From: Malacoraja senta
Taxonomy: Eukaryota
Direction: 5' to 3'
DNA length: 64,000 nt
NCBI GenBank assembly: GCA_038087875.1
Contig: CM075979.1
Location: 85,436,001-85,500,000 of the forward strand
Both the position numbers and the translations under genes were made by a program. Below the pieces are notes generated by a model that did not search any database, had not been told where the DNA came from, and was given only the letters and a program-made list of their open reading frames with translations. Numbering within the stretch: position 1 is the stretch's first letter; each line of letters begins with the position of its first letter. This document shows, in pieces, positions 24,501-36,026 of this stretch.

Positions 24501-27299
24501 TTCCGTGGGCCAGAGCTACACAGAAAATTCTACATTCTTTTATTTCATGCAAAATTTGACTTCAATAAAATCTTAACAATGTCACTGGACACACACTAAA
24601 GAATCACCCATAAATGCATGCTACTCCAGTTAAAAAATGCAACTGCACAGTGAATCCAGGATATTTCCAACAATGAATGAATACATTTTTTTAATTATTA
24701 GTTTGTTTTAATAAAAAAACTAATGTTCAGACTATTTAGGCAGCTGTAAATCCATTAATTTATTTAATTTTTCACAGCTTTATTTTTTCAAAAATAGTAT
24801 GATTAAGTCCTGTGGTGCTTTCTCACAATGAATACATGGCTACTGATGCTACTATAGACTGGTGTACCGCCATAATGTGGCCAACTGAAGTTAGGTGCAG
24901 CAACATTTTCTTGACATTTCACAGTGGCAAATATGGCACAAATTTCCAAATGTGATAAAGGAATTGGCAATGTGCTTGCATGCAAAAATTCACATTTGGA
25001 ATGCACCATTCACCTTTTTTAAATTAAGGTTTCAATGGAAAGCACAGTGCCACAAGTACAATAGCTTAAACTTCAACAAAATGAGGTGTCGTTGGAGTCT
25101 TATTCCCCAGCTCATTCGTAGTAATGCTTAAATTAATAATATAGAAACTCGAATTCTTGTTCTTTTTGCGTAAATGAATACAATTTTTTTTTGGGGTGGG
25201 GGGGAGCACGGTAACCATGGAGTCATAAGCAGACGATTTAGATCAGGGTTTAAGCCCTGCTGCCCTTTCAATCATCAGTTATTTGAAATCAATGATCATA
25301 ACTCTAACACGGAGAACTGTTGGATATACTTGCCACATTGTATGTTTATTCCTTTATCTAACATATATACAGATCAGATTTTTTTTTCAATTCTTACCCA
25401 TTAATAATCTAAAAAGGAACTATTGTTGTACAATATATTATTGTCTATTCATTTTAAAACATGAGGGCCCTGCTATACTGCTGTCAGTTTAAAAAAATAT
25501 ATATATAGATACACAAAATGCTTAAGGCTGTTGTAAATAGCCAGATCACAGAGAGTATACCAACAATAGACATCTAATCAGGATGGAGAGGATGGAAACA
25601 CAAAATTATTATTTTTTCCTGATTTAAAAAATATAACATATCAAATATTATGACTGGCATCAAATATTCAACAATGTAAATTAAATCTAATTATCCAACT
25701 CTCCACTCGTATTAATTAACACATCATTCATTTCTTCAAACTTTAGATACAGCATGTTTTTCTATCTATTATTTTTGGACCGGATGATGTGGCATTGCAA
25801 AAGCTTCCTTCATTTCTTGGTTACTTTTGGGCAGGTTAAAAGAGGATTATTGGTATAAAAGTAGGTACAATCTCAAACCAATGTAGGAACATACATTTTT
25901 CTTGTACATAACCTCGCCTTTCTCCTGTTTTATATCTAATCTTTAACCCTTTGCATAGACGATTACCTCAACTTTCAAAGCAAATTTTCTTTCTCAAAAA
26001 CATACAAAAAAGATTCTTACACCTTTGCATCACATGGTATATTTTTAATCAACTCCGTTACCGGAAATACACACTATCTTCATACCAAATCTTTTACTTT
26101 AAAAGTGATAGCATATTTCATAAAACAGGAGAATCAATGATCTTTGTCATAAACAAGGGAATCAATAATCTTTTCCCAACAAATTTATGAATGGATACGT
26201 AAAAAGTAAAATAAGACTGAACAAAACATTCTTTGAAATGAAAATGGTGCCCATCAAAAAACAAAGCAAATGTGATTCTGCAGAATCATTTTCCCCCCAA
26301 AATTTAACTATCAATATACAAAATAAAATCTGTAATTAAAAATAAATCCATCTCTGGATATTTGTTGAGTGTGCTATCCCACTGAGAAACTAAAGATTCA
26401 CCCTAATTCCTGAGCTTTGTGAAATAATTCAAGATGCTTTATTTTCATGAAATGTTTTGAATTTTACTAAATATTTTGCCAATTACAATATCACATAAAC
26501 AGCGATCTAGTGACCAATCTGCTGATATGTTTTTGATGATGTCAGCTGTGGAAAATATTGTGGTGTTTATACTCTGACATTGGGAGACGCGTACGATTTC
26601 ATTCGGTAAGATGTCACTATTGCAAAATATGAGAAATCTAGAATTTATTTTTCTGTCTTATTTATATTTTGAAGAATATTTTAAATCTTTCCAATTTTCT
26701 AAGCAATTCATAGAAAATAAGTACTCTTCCAGGGATGAGTGGGAAGGAGAGCTTTTTTTCGATTTGTTTGCAAACGTATAAAATGGTGAATTTAATCATT
26801 TTGATGCACACTGGCACATCATTACGAAGTGGCACTGTGACAAATATTACACACAAGCTGGCTGCATTTCTCCAAATAATTAAGGTTTGCAAGGTATCTT
26901 TGTTTTCTTAATATACATCAGCGTACACTCCATAAAAACATTCTATAGGAAAAACTATTACATACATTTTATCTGAATCCAACTCTAATTCATTATCTTC
27001 AAAAGTAAGTAAAGATATTGCACATGCTCGAAATCTCACAAAAGAAAGGATATGCTGGAAACATTGTCAGACCGCTTCTGTGGACATGGAAACACCCATC
27101 TGTGACAGCTCAGTTTTTCTCTTGCTATTTGCACTGACTGATAAGATGGGCATGTCCTAGTGCTCTGCATTTTGCAACTTTTATGTTCGTTTGTTAGTGT
27201 TTTCATTCCGACGGCCCTCATTTCATAGATTTTATGTTCCTTTTGTTTAGATTTTCTCTCTCTCTCCCATTGCCCTTGTTGCCCCCCACATTGACCAGA

Positions 27300-27520
27300 T
27301 TACCTTGGTTACATCTTATCCCAGTGGAAACCCTAGCCTGACTTTATCAGAGATATTCCTTTACCCTGTCCATCGCTCTCTGCAATTTAAAACCAACTTG
27401 TTTTCTGTCTTTCACAGCTCTGATGATGGGTATTTGACCTTCAACATTAACTCAGTTTCTCTTTCCACAGGTGCTGCCAAACCTGTTGACTGCTTCCAGC
27501 AGTTTCGGTACTCATTTTAT
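27300..27520 (+). mobile_element. Old PLE terminal remnant
   Basis: CTGATGATGGGTATTTGACCT...TTTCTCTTTCCACAGGTGCTGCC...TTCCAGCA, a diverged version of the young family. Confidence 0.55.
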
Positions 27521-30499
27521 TAAACAAATTCCCATTAGGACTATACTTTAGAACATATATAATGCTGAAATATAATCCAAATAAACTGAATAAAAACTCA
27601 ACACTGCTACTACTGCCCAAACTGTACACGTTCTGCAAGCCTTGACATTCTGTTTCCAAAACCTAAGCAAAAAAAGTTGTATGTTATGCACCAATGGCGG
27701 AATGGCTATCTTCAGTATCTATTGCTAATATTCAGTCTACGAAAGATTCCCACTTGAGTCTATTTCCAAGCAATAGAAGTCTCAAGGACTTAACATCAAC
27801 TAATAACTTCTTGGTCTTGACCTTTATATAATTTCAGACTTAACACATATCAAACGGATTAACAGAGCATAAAGCAATGCAGAGTTTAAAGTAACATTAA
27901 AATATCACCTATAATTTTAAAATAAAATTTAGAAGGAATGATTAATGTTTGAAAAGATACACTACATGGAAATTACTATTGTCCAAAATAATTAAAAACA
28001 AACAATAGTTAAAAGGTTCTAATGATGATTTCTACTTTGTGGACAACAGTATTAAAATACTTGGTGTACTTTGTAATGTTTCAATGTTTTCATTTTTTTG
28101 TAAATAAGGAAGGAATGTCAATGGTATACATCATTTAAAAAATAAATATTTTAGCAGGAAAGCATGACTCTAAGTAAAATGTTCTCGTATAATCTTTCAC
28201 TGAAAACAAGCTATGATTCTTAAGTAAGAAAATAACTTAAAGCACAGGTAAATAACCTCCTGAGGTGGTTTGGTATTCAAAACTTCAGAAGTTAAGAGTT
28301 TAGTGCTCTTGTGTATTGTACCCTGGATTGATAATTTGTTCAAAGTAAAAGAGCACCTGCTTAGAAAAAAAACTAGCCAGCAACATCCAAGCTTTTTATA
28401 CAGCTTTCTTCAATAAACTCTCCCATATCCTGAAGTGCTTTCCACTTTCAAAAAGGCCATACCTGTGTATTCTTTAAGATGATCAAGGATGTGGGTGCGC
28501 GCATGCATGTGCGAGTGTCCGATATTTTAAAATGTGGACAAAGGTTGTTTTTTTTTATACTGATTGCAATTTAAATCTCTGAAAGGATTAATTGTCACTC
28601 TATTCCTTTTTGCATAGGATTTCACTAGGATTTCAGTACAGCATTATTGTAGGCATGTGAACGTTTAATAAAATGTCCTCTTGAACTGCGAGAAACAATC
28701 AACTGTATTGAATCTGTTCTTTCAGCTTTAGTATGGAATTAGACAGAAAATTTGAACACAACATTGAACACGGTATTGTTGTTAGAAGAAATGGAGTAAT
28801 GTCGTCACTATTTAATGATATACACAGTCATTTTAAGTATAACACAATTCTGCTTAAGGATAATTTCCTTAATATGTGCGTGTATGTATCACAACTGTCG
28901 CTCAACTGTCGATACAGTAAAGTTGCATAAAGGATTTAAAAAGTAATGCTTTTTAGCATTCGTATATTTAGATAGTAACAAATTACACAAAAATTATAAT
29001 GACAGGCTGAATATTAATCTCAAAGTTAAAATCCTGTCACCCTAAACCTGAAGAGTAAAATTTTACTGTCACAACTTACACTTATTCACAGTCGTGTGGT
29101 TACCTTCATTCCTTTAAGTTTATCATTACTACAAATACAACAGTTTTAATACTGATTGGAACTTTACAGTAGTTCTCAATGCTCCTGGATAGATATCTGA
29201 AATTTTGAGTGTAGTCTAAGGAACATATATATTTATATTTTAATTAATATACAAATATTTAACATTATTTGTAGTTTATACATTATATCAATATAATTGC
29301 TTCAACTGTATTTTAAATTAGCTATTTTCTGCAAAAAACTATGTACTCTAAGGTGTAAATTCTACAAAATCTAAGCTCTGTACGAAATTTTATCGTGTGA
29401 GGAACTGTAAAATTGTATCCTTTGCTAATTACAAATCGCAAGTTATATGTAACTTATGAAATGCCTAATTGCAGAAACTACATATTATCAATATATATAA
29501 TAAAATTATAACATTAAGCAGACTTATCTATTTAGCAATGATTGGAATTCAAAACAAATACATACATTTTAAATTATTCCATCCATTTCCTATGTATTAT
29601 AGAATCCTGAATGCAATATATACAGTAGCTAAAAGACTTCACAGAGATATAAAATGTGTGAAAGTGGTAATGGGTTCAATGTGCTTCCTAATAGAACTCA
29701 ACTGCCTGGACATTCTCTAGCAGCACGTGTCAACATTGCTGCTCCATTTTGTGATAGTGTTGTGAGGGCACTTCCCATTATACTGGGAACAAAGGCCATG
29801 GCCCAGAGGTCATAGTGTTATACTAGGAGTGCAGCTTTTCCATTGTCAGGGGCAGCACTGTTTGCTTTGTCTAGGTAAAGATTTGCTGATACATTAACCA
29901 AGGAGGATTAAGTATTATCCGTCTCAGGTTGCTACTCCCTATGCATCCCATTACTGATGACTGCAGACCGTCACAAGTCATCTACACATCATTAAATGCT
30001 TGCTCCGGGTACCCTGGAAAGATAGCCATTCCTCTTCAAATAAAGTTAAAAGTTAGCAACTCATTTGCCTTATTAAATTAAAACCCCAAAAAGTGTATTT
30101 TAATCAGATACATTTTCCAAATTTTCTCCTTAAATCAATGTTATTCTCACCAATTTTTTAAAATATGATGAGGTCAACTTTGTTCATGCTCCCATTTTTT
30201 TTTCACTGCTGTATTTATAGTTCACCAAATTTCAATGCAAAGGTGATAACCACATATACAGGTTGGTTCCATCTGTCGCTTAAATGTTTATGAGTCAAAT
30301 TTGCTTGAGCGCCTGCAATAACCTAAAGAAAATTTGGCCACTTCCGAGTATCCCCGGGAAGTGCCTGTGAGGAAGGCATGACACAGTGAGGGCAATTTGG
30401 CAGTCCGGTTAACCAGTTTATGGCAGATAATAAACTACGATCTGAGAAATAGCAAGAATCTTTGCTGTTCCATTTTTACAAATATCGTCATGCAAAAAG

Positions 30500-30625
30500 T
30501 GGCTCCCACGTTCATCAGCATCGCCAAATTACTGCATTTCAAACCACTTCACTCTAGTTAATTGAATTTGAGATGTTACTGAGAGAATTGATAAAGTGCT
30601 ATATAAATGCAAGTCTTGCTTTTCT
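30500..30625 (+). mobile_element. Ancient SINE 3' remnant (Deu/SacSINE1-like tail)
   Basis: Ends GTGCTATATAAATGCAAGTCTTGCTTTT, resembling the recalled tail of this SINE group. Confidence 0.4.
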
Positions 30626-30859
30626 TCCCAAGAACAGTCCCATGCGTTAGTGAAACAGTGACGTATTATGGACGCTGAAAAATGTTATGGAATAAATCCA
30701 TACTGATGATTGGTCTTCGATTTAGGTTTATACCTACTTACAAAACTTTTTGTTAGAAACACATTGCATCTCACTTTTTCCTGCACTTCTGCTTAATATT
30801 CCTGCTCCTTGCTCCCCATCACATTCACCTTCTCCCCTCCCTCCTCGCACTTCACTATT

Positions 30860-31190
30860 CCCCTTCATGACTCTCTGGTCTACTCTTGTGTCTCCAAACC
30901 ATTCTCACACACTTTTCCATGCAGCTGCAGGAGATGCAACACCTTCTCTTCTCCCCATCTACGGGCACAAACAGTCCCTTCAGTTGAAGCAAAGGTTTGT
31001 TTGCATTACTTCCAATCTAGTGCACTGCATTCAATGTTCACAAAGTGGTCTCCTTTCTAGTGGAAAAACTAAATGCATTTGGGGTGAATGTCTATATGAG
31101 CGACCCTGAATTTCCTGCTGCCTGCCTTGTTTAATTCTCCTTCCCAATCCCACTCTGACTTTTTTGTCAATGACCACCTGCACTGTTTGA
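30860..31190 (+). pseudogene. Penelope-like element GIY-YIG endonuclease remnant
   Basis: TFPCSCRRCNT (Zn-finger-like linker), then GHKQSLQLKQRFVCITSNLVHCIQCSQSGLLSSGKTK (decayed NLIY..C..CGLLYIGET), then FNSPSQSHSD. Confidence 0.75.
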
Positions 31191-31690
31191 TGTCAGGTCG
31201 GGGGGAGTTCCCCCCGCCACGGGTACCATGTAATCCCATGCTACCTGCTCCATGGTCGGATAGTTGGCGACTAAACCGTCTCCCCCACCTGGTTTTCCAG
31301 GTGAAAGGGGGCTCTGGGCCCCAAGCAGGACCAAAAACAAGACCTGTCGAAGGGCGGATGAACTTCTAGCGAGCCAACAGCCATCCACACTTCAGTAGAA
31401 GTTGCGATCACTGTCGTACATAGCTTGTAAGGAATGATGATAAAGCACACACACCAAAATCCTATATTTCCAGTGGCAGAAGTCCGCAGGAACTGGAGGA
31501 CAGAGATGTGTGATGAGTTCGTCACCGTTTCCGTTGGAAACAAGCACCACTGCATCGCTAATGTTTTCAACAATGCTGATCTGCACTGCTACATCAGGAT
31601 CAACATGAGCTTGTGGAAGAGAGCACCATCTTCTGTCTGGGCAAACCGCAGCCTCCCTGCGTTGGTTTTGTTTATATGAGAAATGGCCAA
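31191..31690 (+). mobile_element. CpG-containing insert, possibly an RTE-clade 5' region or derivative
   Basis: Interrupts the PLE remnant. GC-rich with perfect hairpins. AAAACAAGACCTGTCGAAGGGCGGATGAAC resembles recalled RTE 5' UTR sequence. Confidence 0.35.
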
Positions 31691-31810
31691 ATATGACACA
31701 GGTCATTCACCTGTAATATTGGTTCTGTTCTTTCACTCTTCATTACCAAGACCTGACTTGTTTCACATTCTCAACCTCTCTGCATTTCGCAGCTTTTACA
31801 TTCCTTTAAT

Positions 31811-31903
31811 ACACACAAAAAGTTGAAGTAACTCAGCAGGTCAGGCAGCATCTCTGGAGGACATGAATATGTGATGCTTCATGTCGGGACCCTTCTTCAG
31901 ACT
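31811..31903 (-). mobile_element. PLE-derived short element
   Basis: ACACAAAAAGTTGAAGTAACTCAGCAGGTCAGGCAGCATCTCTGGAG...ACCCTTCTTCAGACT. Confidence 0.75.
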
Positions 31904-32009
31904 TTACTTTCTTTTCTTACATTTTTACATTTTCATCCATTCCTTTATTTGTGTTTCTGCCTCTCTAACTGTTTGTATATCGGGGCTTTTACATTTTTCA
32001 GCACATATT

Positions 32010-32667
32010 CAAGTTCAAGTTCACATTTATTGCCACATGCACCAGTTAAGGTACAGTGGAATTTGATTTACCATGCAAGCACACAATCAAAAAGAGCACA
32101 ATACACAATAGAATATAACATGAACATCCACCACAGTGGAATCAACATTCTTCACTGTGGTGGAAGGCAATAACGTTCAGTCAGTCCTCCTCTTTTGTTC
32201 ATCCGTGTTCGGGGCCATGAACCCTCCGCTGTCGCCGCTACAGACGGCCCAATATACAGGCCCTCTCGTCGGGATGATCGAAACTCCGACGTCGGGACGG
32301 ACGGACATTCCGCGGCTTGGAGGTCCCGAATCGGCCGCTTCCTACGATGTTATAGGCCGCAGGCCCGCGGTCGGAGCTCTTCTCTGGCGATCCCTGGCAA
32401 GGGACCGCCCGGCTCCGCTATGGAAAGTCTGCACTGTGCCCACTGCTGAAGCTCTGAGTCTGACTCTGGGAGAGGCCCCACCAATCCAAGCTGCGAGGCC
32501 GCGAGGGAGGGCGAAAATGCGACACAGGAGAAAAGTCGCATTCCACCACTACCCCCCCTCTCCCCATACTAAAACACACTAAACACACTTTTAGACATAC
32601 TAAAAACAAAAAAAAGTCGAAAGGACGAACAACTGCTGGCGAGGCTGCCGGCTCGCAGTGCCACCCC
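32010..32667 (-). mobile_element. Non-autonomous retroposon with a Rex/Babar-type 3' tail
   Basis: Minus strand ends AATAAATGTGAACTTGAACTTG (tandem tail). CpG-rich non-coding body; no RT-like ORF. Confidence 0.55.
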
Positions 32668-32689
32668 TATCGATATCTCACCAACTTGT

Positions 32690-32860
32690 TGGCAACTTAA
32701 AACTAACTCGGTTTTCTCTTTTTCCCAGTTCTGACAAAGTATCTTTGACCTGAAAAAACAACCCTGTTTCTGTTTCTGGAGTTGCTAGCTAATCTGTTGA
32801 GCACTTTCAGCATTTTCTCTTTTTATTTCAGATTTCCATCATCTGCAGTTTTTTGATTTA
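32690..32860 (+). mobile_element. Old PLE terminal remnant, likely the continuation of 30860-31190
   Basis: TTCTGACAAAGTATCTTTGACCTGAAA...CAGCATTTTCT...CAGATTTCCATCATCTGCAGT. Confidence 0.55.
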
Positions 32861-33689
32861 CAAAAAAAGGTTGATGGGTGTGCTTTTGAGATAAAAATAG
32901 AGCATATATTTCCTTAAAAAGTGTTGCTTCAAACTGGAGCAAAAGAAATTCTGTCTGATAAAGATTAACTTCCAAATCTGAATGAGCAAGCATTAAAAAC
33001 AAGATTTTAAAAGAGATTTTGCTTAAAATCTGAATGGCACAGCAAACAAAAGGTAATTTGCCCCTTCAGGGCTGTAAGTAATTTTATCCGTGTAAGTCTC
33101 AATCTTATTTCAATTCAACTCACTTCCAATGAGAATCAATATACCTATTTTGAAAATGGCTTATTCCTCAGCCTGTTAAATATAGATTTTGCTACAAAAA
33201 CCGTGACAAAGGATTTGAACTACCATCTTTTAAAAATATAATCATTTTGTAATAATCACAATACTTTGCAATATTCATTCAAAAGCCTCTTGAGGTTCTC
33301 TGCTCGAGCTAAATGTTCTCTAACCATCTACCTATATTGCCAGGAATTTCCCTGACTTTATCTTTACTATGTTTATTCACTGGAATTGCTTAATTATCCA
33401 AGCCAACCTCTTACTCTTATAAATCCTGTTCAGGTGTTGCATCAAATATTTTACTCCTGTCATCTCCAACTATTTGTCTGAAGTTTCAATAATTAATTGT
33501 TTCCTCTCTGATTACTCTAGTCAATGGCTGAATTCTAATGTTCCCAGAGTTATAATCCACCTCAGTATTGGTGCAGGCCCTGGCATCTGAATGGTCTATT
33601 CCTGTTCCAAATACTTGTCATGGTTCAGTGGTTCATTGTAAATTGCTTTTTAAAAATAACTTTGGTTGTATTATTTTCCCAGGAATTCA

Positions 33690-33836
33690 ATGATTTTTGA
33701 TTAGTAAGGGTGTCAAAGGTTACAGGAAGAAGGCAGGAGAATGGGGTTGGTAGGGAAAGATAGATCAGCCATGATTGAGTGGTGGAGGTAGACTCGATGG
33801 GCCAAATGGCCTAATGCTACTCTTATGTCTTATGAA
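33690..33836 (+). mobile_element. CR1-clade LINE 3' tail
   Basis: GAAGGCAGGAGAATGGGGTTG...GATCAGCCATGATTGA...GGGCCAAATGGCCTAA...CTTATGTCTTATG. Confidence 0.8.
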
Positions 33837-35449
33837 CAGGGTCTTTTCGTCATTGCTGCTGAATTGGTCTGGGTAATAATTTCCTCATGTATTTGGATTC
33901 TAATACTTTACCAGATACTTTACCAAATAAATTAACACTACATCCATCTTTGTAGCCTAGATTGTCTTCCAGTTGAGTTAACTGCAGTTTCAAGATGACA
34001 TCTAGGTAGCTGGGATGATACTTTAGTTTGATAGAAAATTCACACAAATACTAGGGCAGGTCTTCCAAAGCCATTCTGACAGTTAGACCAGTTGCTGCCA
34101 ACTCTTTCCATCTGTTCTGCTTGATAATCAGTACTCGGCTACAAAGAAGAATATAGTGTTATTTTTTATATAAATGGACAAAATTATGGACACTTCCTTG
34201 TTACAGGTTGCAATCAAAATAACAAAATTTGCCATTGGTAATCTGCATATAGACTGGCTTGACAAAATAGATTTAATGGTCCAGTCAGACCATTAAACAG
34301 TTAGAGAGAAATATAATTACTAAAGTTTTGTTCAATGTTGATATTCTATTTTAATTGCACTCAATAAAGTTGATTACCTCCAGTTCCTTTGATTACCCTA
34401 ACAACAACCAACTCAATTTTATAGATGCAATAATGTAAAGCACACAATTTTACCTAAAACCTGAAAAAATTAAGAGGATGTTATCCAAATTGACAAATTA
34501 GCAACATATAACACTGGAATTTATTAGATGATTCTATTAAAACTGAGGGAAACGTAATCCAAACCCAATATAAATTAATACATATATAAACATTGAAATA
34601 GTGACTTTAACCACATTAACACTCAACCTAAATATCCGTGTCAAAGTGAATCAGTTATAAAGATGATTCCAGTCTGCACAACCTATATCAAAATCTTGGG
34701 GGCATGGATAGGAAATATGTACTGAGAAATGTTAAGGCCAAGATACAATAGATATTTAGGCAGAAACACAAACCGTGGAATGTAGAAGCTGCAAAATGCA
34801 GAGCAATAGAGAATGCGAAACAAGTCAGGTCTTGCTGATGGGGAGAAAAAAAAGTGCCAATATTACAGGTGAATGTAACAGGTTGATATTTCCAGAGATT
34901 TGGCAGGTAATATAAGTTAGGAAATGTTTCATGTCAAATAACTTCTTACTTTATAATGCATTTAAGTTTACTATGATTTATACTTCAAATGTTTCTCAGC
35001 CAATTCAATTTTGTATGAATTTATTGCAACATATTAATGGCAATAGCCTAATATTTTCCAGTTTACCGTATGTAACAAGTTAAAATGCACCATTACAGCA
35101 TGAAACAAAAATGTCCTCTGAATCTCTAAAAACGTCATCACCAGTAGTTTATCATTGTTTGGCCAACACACCAGAATAGAAAAGTACCAAGTAACGGATG
35201 TTCTTTTCCTGAGTATTTCTGGCATCTCACTCAAATACCTGGAATAGGAAGCAATGCCAAGCAATCAATGCATTGGGGGCATCTTGCCTGCATTTTAAAG
35301 AGAACAAGCCCTTTGTAATTATGATCATCGCAAAAATACAACTACTTAGTAAAGGTTTTGATGCCTGTAATTGTAATTTAAATCTGGTTCAATTAAAAAT
35401 AAGAGACTTACCCTGTATAAATGTAGTTAATTTGTATTCCATGACTTAA

Positions 35450-36026
35450 ATGGGGCTGTCCCACTAATGGGGCGATTTTTTGGCGACTGTCATAGTCGTA
35501 GCAGGTCGCCGAAAAAAACAGCGACTGGACCCCCCTACGACAATGTCTACAACAACTAACATCCTAGTCGACGTCAAGCTATGGCAAGTTACCGACATCC
35601 GGCGACCCATTAGGACGTTCACCTACAACCACACCTACGACAACCTACGTCCACCCGCGACAAGCTACGACAAGGTAAGACAATTCAGTCCCCGGAACCT
35701 GTCGCCGGTTGATGTAGGTAGTCGCCAATGGAATTCACCAGTCAGCACTGGCGACAACTTACATCATCCTGGCGACAACCTACGTCATCTTGGCGATAAC
35801 CTACATCATCCTGGCGACAGCACCTACGTCAGGCTACGATCGTTGGCATCAAGCCCACGGGCGCCGACTGTCGCCGAAAAGTTTTGAACATTTCAAAATC
35901 CAGTGGCGACCAGAAAAAAGGTACGACTCTTTGGGCGACTGAGGAGACCATATAGGCGACACCCCGGCGACCATGCCTAGTCACCTGTAGTCACCTAAAA
36001 AAATCACCTAAGTGGGACAGGGGCCT
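35450..36026. mobile_element. MITE of the same family as 13870-14200, with an internal 21-bp tandem array
   Basis: TIRs ...CTGTCCCACT / AGTGGGACAG..., TTAA on both sides (35446-49, 36027-30). About 3.5 copies of CTGGCGACAACCTACATCATC at 35748-35820. Confidence 0.8.

Noticed and set aside
31505-31545. TGATGAG...GAAAC as a hammerhead
   Set aside because: The core lacks C3 (GTGATGA) and no convincing helices I-III form.
32136-32609. Overlapping GC-rich ORFs or a CpG-island promoter
   Set aside because: They lie within a tailed retroposon; GC richness explains the open frames.
35748-35820. 21-bp direct repeats as a CRISPR-like array, and the 135-aa ORF over them
   Set aside because: Head-to-tail units without spacers inside a MITE in a vertebrate genome; no cas genes.
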